Assembly (NCBI GenBank): GCA_043228905.1
Contig: JBHGNT010000008.1
Coordinates: 17,050,001 to 17,114,000, forward strand
DNA length: 64,000 nucleotides
Reading direction: 5' to 3'
DNA from: Azolla caroliniana
Lineage: Eukaryota > Plantae > Polypodiophyta
Part shown: piece by piece, positions 55,616 through 64,000 of the stretch
Position numbering within the stretch: the first letter of the stretch is position 1
Layout of the letters: each line of letters begins with the position of its first letter
Made by a program: the position numbers and the translations under genes
Notes under the pieces: model-generated
The model's input: only the letters and a program-made list of their open reading frames with translations
Told to the model about the DNA's origin: nothing
The model's database searches: none

Positions 55616-57513
55616 TGAGCATGGCTATATTTCTCAAATTTGAGCCAAGCACATGCAAATTCTAGTGTTGTGTATAATTCATCACTAATATTGAATGCTA
55701 ACTTCATTTACATGGTTGGAAAATGGCTAAAGTTAATCATATCACAAGACCCGCTTAACTTGGGGAAGGTGGTGGAAACTCAAAAAAATGAACTATAGTT
55801 ATACATTATAATTGAAATTTACAATAAATAAATGTATTTTCTTTTATTTTGGTGGATTTTCTTTTTTGAGGGGGAGCGGGAACTTTCTTTATAGTTATCT
55901 TTTTTTTGCACGCTAAAGGGTGACATTTAGTGTTGTGTACAATACATATTGTATTGTCTTCTACATAAACTTTCTAGGAATCGATAATGGCTCGACTCAA
56001 GCTAGAACCGTATTAGTCAACCGTTTTAAAATGCTTCAGTTCAGTTTAGGCTTGAGTTTCCTTAACCGATTCAAGCCAAACTTGTTAGAGCATAATTGGC
56101 TTGGCTAAAATGGTTCCTAAATTGGTTTAGGCTTAACCAGTTTATCAAGTTTGGAAACTATTGAACCGGTAAGGCTTAACTAGTTTGGTTTGGACAAGGC
56201 CAAACCAATTGAGCTGAAACCAAACCATTGTTGATTCCTAAATATAGTCACGCTTTGCCTCGTTCACCATCATAACACATGCACACACATCTCATTTGGT
56301 CTTGACGAAGCATTAACGGATTAATTTGTCACTTCTAAGACATAGAAATCTCACCTTCATGATCAACGTGTGATTCAATGAAATGGCAATGTAAGAGTTG
56401 AGTTGCAACTCACCATTTCATGTCATTAGCGTTGTATCTACACTAGTACAAGAAATTAAATGTCATTAAATGAACTTATGATTATGTGTATATGTAGGTA
56501 TGGTTCAATGTAGGTGTGTATATGCATGTACAAATCAACATAATTGATTGTTTATATATGCATACGTACGTATGATTGTAATTTGTATGTGTATGCTTGA
56601 ATAATCATATGGATGTATGATCATAAGTGAATGATTGCTTGAACAATCATATATGTATGCATATTGAAAACCATTCCAATACTTCTATTCACCACAAAAA
56701 ATCTTATGTGTGCGTTAGGACTTACCAATGAGGAGTGCAACAAGGAGATTGTGTTTTTTCAAGCTCCTAACAATTGAGGTGCTCTATATGGGCGTCAACC
56801 AATTATGTATTAGCATATTTCTAATTTGAGTGACAATATCCACAACAACACCACGAACATCATCATCGCTAATTCAACACCAACAACACATGGTTCCATC
56901 AAGTGATGAGCATGCTATATTTCTCAAACATGTGATGACATAAGCAAATTCTACTTTTGTGTATTAATCATCACCATCTTTGCCTACATGGAATCTTAGT
57001 TGAATGTTAATTTCATTTACATGCTTGGGAAAGTGCTAAAGTTAATCATACCACAAGACCGCCTTAACTAGTCAAAGTGGTGGAAGCTCAAAAAAGTGAT
57101 CTACTTTAGTGATACATTATAATTAAAATTTACTATAAATTCAAGTATTCTCTTTTGTTTTGGTAGGTTGAGATTTACTAGAAGTCATAAACAACCAACT
57201 TTGAGTACTACATCAAACATTCCATCTTTATCATTGGATATGGGTCATGGTTAACGTCGAATAAAAAGTATTTATTTACTTAGCATATTTACTTTCAGTT
57301 CCAAAGAACGTGTGAATAGATACCAATTCTTAGAGCGATTAAGAGAGAAGAATCATTGTAGACCGAGTGAGATAGGGAAATAGCATGAGAAAGAGTGAGA
57401 GAGCATGAAAGGTGAAGAAAGAGCAAGAGAGCAAGCAAGATCAAGAGCATAAAGGAGTTTTTGGGGGTGAAAAGTTTCTTTATAGTTATCTATTTTTTGC
57501 ACGTTATAGGGTG
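55616..57513. repeat. Old direct duplication: ~55616-55923 vs ~56907-57513 (second copy carries a ~300 bp insertion)
   Basis: Shared gctatatttctcaaa, gctaaagttaatcata, gtggtggaa, atacattataatt, tatagttatct blocks. Confidence 0.75.
55975..56240. mobile_element. MITE copy with the best-preserved terminal inverted repeats
   Basis: taggaatcgataatgg ... ccattgttgattccta. Confidence 0.75.
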
Positions 57514-60500
57514 AGAATTGTGCCATATACAATACGTAGCATTCAACATTCCATTTTCTGTGCAATGCTAAATGTCAATTCTATACATGATATTTAACAA
57601 GACACAAAAACATGTTTAACATCATGTTAGACATTATTTTTTCTAGAACAATATACCCCTATTCTTTAGTAGCATTGGTAAAACAATTCTTCAATCATTC
57701 CCTACTTGAGTGTATGGTTCTCTTAATGGCATCCTTACAATAAAACAAGGCTTTAGTGTCAAATTTATGAAAGACATGAGGATATGAAAAGCATATCAAT
57801 TATGACAAGATGAAATGTGTACTTGCAAAGGAGTAATGCACACCATACATATATGACAAGACAAAGTTCTCATCAACCAATGGCCTAGACCATGAACTCA
57901 AATCTATGCCCATGGGATAAAAGACAATTGAAACATCGTTAAGAGTTAGCATTGTTTAGTATATCAAACATATTATTTGGGTGTCCACCGCATAGTGGTA
58001 TTCCATATAAAGAGTATTGTGTAACGTAAAAGCGTATTGAATGGAATGCATGGTTCAACATGTTTACACATTGAATAAGCCATTATAGTTCTTGTAGTTT
58101 TGAAATTTTAAGTATGAAGATGTGTTAAATGTGTCATTTTGGCCAAATTTGGAACAATTTTGTTACATAATCTAGGATATCTAGAGTTTCTTCCTTGATT
58201 GGTTCCATTTCATCAAATTGAGTTAACGGGGTTTTCTCTGTCAATTTCAACTTTGTACATCTAGATGTTGACGAGCCCTTGCTTCTTTTCTCTTAGATTC
58301 AAGATCCAATTCTTGTTTCATATATCAAGAATTCCCTAGCTCTGCCTAATAAGCCTCTATGTCTATAGCATCTATGGTAGCTATTGACAAAATTGAAGAG
58401 TTTGAGTCAATTCATGTGGTACTTTGGGATCTAGCATGTGTGGTTTTCTTGAACATTTTTTGGTGGTCTTGAATGCCTACTTTTTCATAGTCTATCATGG
58501 TTTAAACTCCAAAATCTTGAGATTAATTGAAGAAAGGGAACAACAAATCATGAAGACTATAGTAAATAGTTATCCCAAGTCTCTTGCAATTTGGCTCCCA
58601 TTAAATCTCGATTTTTATCCACAAAGATTACACAAAGAGGGACATGAAGAGGAAACATTTATTTTTTGCAATGTTAGCAACTCCGTGCTCCCATTTGTGG
58701 ACATGTGAGGCCTAATCACTAGAAAACTATAATGAATTTACAAACGTTTTTAACAAAGTGAAGGCTAGTATATTCCTAGATCAAGAGTATCATCATTATG
58801 ATTGTTCAATCAATATGCAACCAAGGAAGGATTCACCATAGGGGCCCTATATGATCTTGCCATGACACCAAGGCTATTATTGTATATATATAATGTTCAT
58901 AATTCATGTATTATAACATCTTATGCTATAGTTATTGCAATACTCCTAGCTATGCATGATCACCAAATGGTATCCATGCACAATAACCAAGAGGTGATTG
59001 CGCATAACATAATGTCATACTACATATAGATAAGGCATTATGTTACTAGAACCATTCTGATTAAACATTAGTCTTTAACACATATTGTAAATCTTGTCCT
59101 TCTTGTTTATAATACAAAATTCCTTTTCTTCTTAATATTTTCCTTCTTACTTTGTTTTCTAATTTAGTATAAGTTTTTCCTTTGGCCTATCACACATCGA
59201 GAAAATATTAATGAGAATTCAACAAGACTTGGATTTATTGGACATTCTAGATTCTCAAATGGTGCACCCTTTGACTTTATTAATAATCTCATTAACTTTG
59301 ATTACACGCTATCTGTTATATAATAAATCTATACCCACAAAATGGGCAAAGTGTAGTTTCAACAAGGTTGATGTTGGTCAATCCACTATTGAAAGTGTTT
59401 ACAAAACTTTCTCCATTTGATGCATCTGCCTCAACTACTTCATCTAATGCATCAACAATGCCAACGTTGGTCTAGTGCTTGGTAAAGAATCATCATACAC
59501 CATTCCCACACCTTCAAAAGGCATGGACGTCAACATTGATACATAAACAACAAGGAAAAGTGGACATAATGGAACAAGTGTTAAGTACTTGTCATCTCCT
59601 TCATGTCCCACACTCTTGAATGACAATAACATTGACATTAACAACAAGAATAGATGTGTACATTCTAAGAAAAGAGGGCAAAGACAAATTGCTAAGAATA
59701 TAAGATTTTGTGGACAATCACATGTGAAACGTCATAAAGTAATGTAAAATCCTATCATAGCCACTTTTTATGGTTCTTCTTCCCTTAACACAAAAGGCTA
59801 GAGCTTTTTCACTAATCTTTTTCTACTTGTTGATGTAACCAAGCACCAGAAATCTTAAATGTTTTAATATCTTAAGTATCTGGGCTTGACTTTATTTAAT
59901 GTAATATTTATTAATGGAAGTATGCTTATTTATTGTTGTGATGCCATTACTTTAATGAATTAATTAAAGTGTTCGTTAAGTCTAATATATTAAGTATTAT
60001 TCCTTTAATTAAATAGAAGTATGATGGTGATTTCTTATTGTGATTTATTTCTCATCATTTTAATGGTTGGTTGAGGTGTTCGTTGAGTTTAATTAGTTAA
60101 GTCTCACTCATTTTATGGTTAAGTATTATCGTCAATTGTTCAATGAGAAGTTTGTCGAAGAGGTTAACAATAGCATGATGATGGAACAATTGACACCCAT
60201 CCCTTCCCACATCGTCATCAATAATAGGGTAGGCACCGATCCAAACCCTAGCCCTAATGTAATGATCTTGGTGTGACATCTATGCCATTCCCATATTTTC
60301 CTTCTTGTGCCACAACATGAACCAGAGACGTTACAAAATCTCACATAAGCTTTCTTAGTCCAAGGAAGTTATGGTTCCAAAACACATTAGACCACTTTGA
60401 GTCGAACACGAAATTGCCATGATTGAGCATTCCAATACATAAACCTTTCCTTCAACTTGTTGCCACTCCACTAATTTAATTGAGAAATTGCCATGTCAAC

Positions 60501-61299
60501 AACTAATGGATATTCTAAATGTTGAAAAATTGTACCCCTATTAATTATCTCTCTCCTCCTTCTCATTAAGCTATAACCATCCTTAATAACCTAACACTTA
60601 AGCCTTAAGAATTAAATATCTTACTGCTTAAGCTTTATCTTGTTGTAGAACATGGTTGATTTACCATATGTGTTGGTGATAAAGGTGTGTTTGGTAGTGA
60701 TTTCTCACGTTAACATGTGCTTGATTTAAGCGGTTAATTATCTACATAAGTATGTTAACTTGTATGTTAACCTATTATTGCTATCGTCAAGGGAATATTG
60801 TCGAGGTCATTTCTAAGAACAATATTGAATCGAAGAAGATAATAAGAAAAGATGCCTGAAATATGAGAAGGATGTAATTGTATTAACAAGTAGCACATAA
60901 TTATAATAATATGTCAAATGCGTTAATGAACTGAAATGGATCATCAGTAACTAGAGCATCTCCTTATATCGCATGATTACCCCAATGCATGCGTACCACC
61001 TTACATCTGTGCATGTTCACCACATGGTATTCATGCAAACATGTCATTGGGCGATCGTGCATTAACCTATGCAAGTTGGCAACATTTTGTGATATAAAAT
61101 ATATATCACAGATTGTCTATGAGTAGTTACAATAATTACTGTATGTAAAATATATAACCTCTTGTAAAACTTCAATATATGTGGTTCAAGTCCCCCAATG
61201 ACATTTTTGTGACGACTATGGTATTATATATGGAGGCTCATGAAAAATATAGATTGAGGCCAACTCAAGTTTGTAAATTTGATCCATTAACTTTATCGA

Positions 61300-62241
61300 T
61301 GTCCCCAAGGGCGATATGCATACCGTCGTGCTCATCACACCATATGTTCGGTGGTACTCCATCGGAACCTCAATAATAATGGATTGATGTGGTTAAGTTA
61401 ACACTTCTGTTAGTCTTTGGCCCATTCTTTATCCCACATAGTTGAGGGAGGTGGTTTGGGAGCTATAAATATGCTCCTCTTCCTCTTAATTTAATATCCT
61501 CAATTTTGTATCTTCTCTCCCAATCTTAATAGAGTTACTGATTTGGAGCACGTAGGCTTAATTGGCCGAACCTCGACAATTCAGCTGTTGTTTTATCTTT
61601 TTTTCTTACTCTATATAATAGCTTTATTTCTGGTTATATCTTGTTATTTCCACGCTTCCACAACAATTGGTATCAAAGCCAAGGTTCTGTTTGAGTATGC
61701 TCTGTGGTCGCAACTTTGTTTGAACTTCCACATAAAAAAAGAATTACTTTGGTCATTCTGAAACCTAGGGTTGTTGATAGCTATAGTATAGAATATATAA
61801 AATACTATTTATTAAGTTTATAATGGCATCAAGAGATGAAAAAGGAAAGAATATTGTGTCAAAGATTCCACCGGGAACATCGGGCTCGTCGTCATCATGG
61901 TCAAGGTTCCCGGTGTCCAGTTCGAAACTGGCGGTAGAAATCTTTGATGGTACTGGCCATTTCGGTGTGGCAAGGAGAGGTTTTAGATTCTCTTTTTCAG
62001 CAAGGTCTCCATATTTCCATTGAAGAAACTAAACTAGACAAGGTAGACAATAAAGATTGGATCATCATTAACCGGTTGGCATGCGGAACAATTCGATCAT
62101 GCCTGTCTAGAGAGCAGAAGTATGCTTTCAAGAATGAGACTTCTGCACACAAATTGTGGAAGGCATTAGAGGGAAAATTTCTGAAAAAAAAGTGGTCAGA
62201 ATAAGCTCCTTATGAAGAAGAGGTTATTTCAATTTGACTAT
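61300..62241 (+). mobile_element. Copia 5' part (LTR ending 61665, left boundary unknown; PBS; frameshifted gag) interrupted by G
   Basis: TATA near 61464, ..acaaca at 61665, tggtatcaaagc 61668-61679, FDGTGHF..WQGEVLDSLFQQGL gag. Confidence 0.75.
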
Positions 62242-64000
62242 TGTAAAGAATCAATGGTGATTCTTGTGAAGCGGAATAGACTAGAGATATGTGTTGTGAG
62301 TGTGTGTGAGAGAAAGAGAGATAGAGGAGAGAAACAAAAGATAGATTAGAGAGACAATAGAATACTCAAGAAGATGTATATTACAAAGGAGATTAATCGA
62401 CCTAATTACAAAGTAGGAGGAGAGTGCTTTATATAGTCACTCTCTCTCTTCATTAACTATCGAAGCTCATGGGTCATGGGGAATGTAAAAACTCATTAGT
62501 TATGTGTCATAGAATACGATTCTATGACACATAGTTAATGTGTAGATAAGAGTGGTGACTTTTGACCTTTGAGTGCACACTCTCAAGGGTGTGTTCACAC
62601 ACTAGACTAGGTTGAGCTTGATTCTCAACACGCCCCCTCAAGCTCAACTTTGGTCGACTACTTCGGTTGATGTCCACTTCGGCTCGTATCCGGTACATCC
62701 GGATCGTATCCGGTTTGGACGGTATCCGGTTTTCGCTTGTACTCCCCCTCAAGCTTGGCAAATCAAGGACCATCAATCCAAGTTCTGACAAGAATTGCTT
62801 AAGCTTGTCGACTCCTAGGGCTTTGGTGAAGATGTCGGCTGTTTGAAGATTCATTATGATATATTGAAGGTCGACATCACCAGCCTGAACATGCTCTCGA
62901 ATGAAGTGATAGTGCACTTCGATATGCTTCGTGCATGCGTGGAACACCGGGTTCCGAGTCAGATAAATACTGCTCATGTTGTCACAGCAAAGGAGAATCA
63001 GATCTTTGATGGGAATGCCCAGATCCTTTAATATCCTCTTGAACCATATGGCTTCACATGCAGCCACCGTCGCGCCCCTCTATTCGGCCTCTGTGCTCGA
63101 AAGAGCGACGGTTGGTTGCTTCTTGCTACTCCAAGAGATGGCTCCACTTCCAAGGGAGAAGATGAAACCAAAGGTTGATCGTTGGTCGGCTTTGTAGCCT
63201 GCCCAGTCGGCATATGTGTACCCCTCGAGTTGAATTAGCGTTGCCAACTTATAAAGAATGCCATAGTCCATCGTTCCGCTCATGTATCGTAGCACTCTCT
63301 TAGCACAATCCAAATGGACATGTCGTGGTGTTTGCATGAACTGGCTAAGAAGGCTGACCGGATAGCTCAGGTCTGGTCAAGTGATCGTGAGGTAGATAAG
63401 TCTACCGATCAGTTGTCGATACTGAGTCGGCTCACACTCTGTGGTGCAAGAATTGGCATCTAGTTTGAGGTTTCAGTCGAGAGGTGTTGCCACAGACTTG
63501 CACTCAATCATTCCGAACTTGTATAACAAGTTGAGAATGTAGTGTCGTTGGGAGATCATAATCCCGGTTGGAGTCTGAATTACCTCGATGCCAAGGAAGT
63601 AGTGGAGCTCTTTCATGTCTGTCATCTCGAATTTGTTGGAAAGGAGAGATTTGACCTTGTTGATGTCGATTAACTACTCACCTTTTGGAATCGCTTCTTA
63701 CATAGAGAGAATTATCGGATTTTGACATTCGGAAGCCGATTCAATGAAGATATTGTGTTATCTTCGAGTGCCAAGCACGTGGTGCTTTCTTAAGGCCATA
63801 GAGAGGCTTCTTGAATCGACAAACATCTTTTGGATGAATGCTGGATTCGAAGATGGGTGGTTGTACCATGTACACCTCCTCTTCTAATTCTCCTTGAAGA
63901 AAGACATTCTTGACATCCATTTGGTGGAGGTGCCACCCTTTCGCTACTACAAGTGCTATCACGGTTCGCACGGTTGTCATCCTTGCCACCGGGGAAAAGG
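62242..64000 (-). mobile_element. Element G: B-family Copia, 3' LTR 62242-62630 plus decayed RNase H/RT, running off the window
   Basis: LTR tgtaaagaatc..gattctcaaca as in B; PPT at 62631; SWSSKKQPTVALSSTEAE, HQMDVKN. Confidence 0.92.

Overview
Land-plant nuclear DNA. The retroelement mix and the PLS-PPR gene suggest a seed-free vascular plant such as a fern (inference only). 1-5.85 kb: a LINE (L1-type) with an intact ORF2 and poly(A) tail. 6.8-42.1 kb: a retrotransposon nest that can be unpacked by LTR pairs and target-site duplications. An old Copia (Z) contains a chromovirus Gypsy (A, TSD TCGGC); A's 3' LTR contains a Copia (B, TSD AGGCT); B contains a Copia (C), a tRNA-Trp-primed Gypsy (D) and an intact Tnt1-like Copia (F); D contains a solo LTR (E, TSD GCGAG). 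42.7-55 kb: three host genes (PLS-class PPR, a 4-exon small multidrug export-family protein, a germin-like protein) with a MITE family. 61-64 kb: further nested Copia elements. The most striking unexplained signal: LTRs of two unrelated Gypsy lineages (7 copies here) carry an antisense tRNA-like RNA polymerase III A-box/B-box module in U3. Also notable: a slippery site plus pseudoknot for a -1 frameshift downstream of the protease in D, a Tf1-like self-priming site in A, and strong CCGG enrichment in F.
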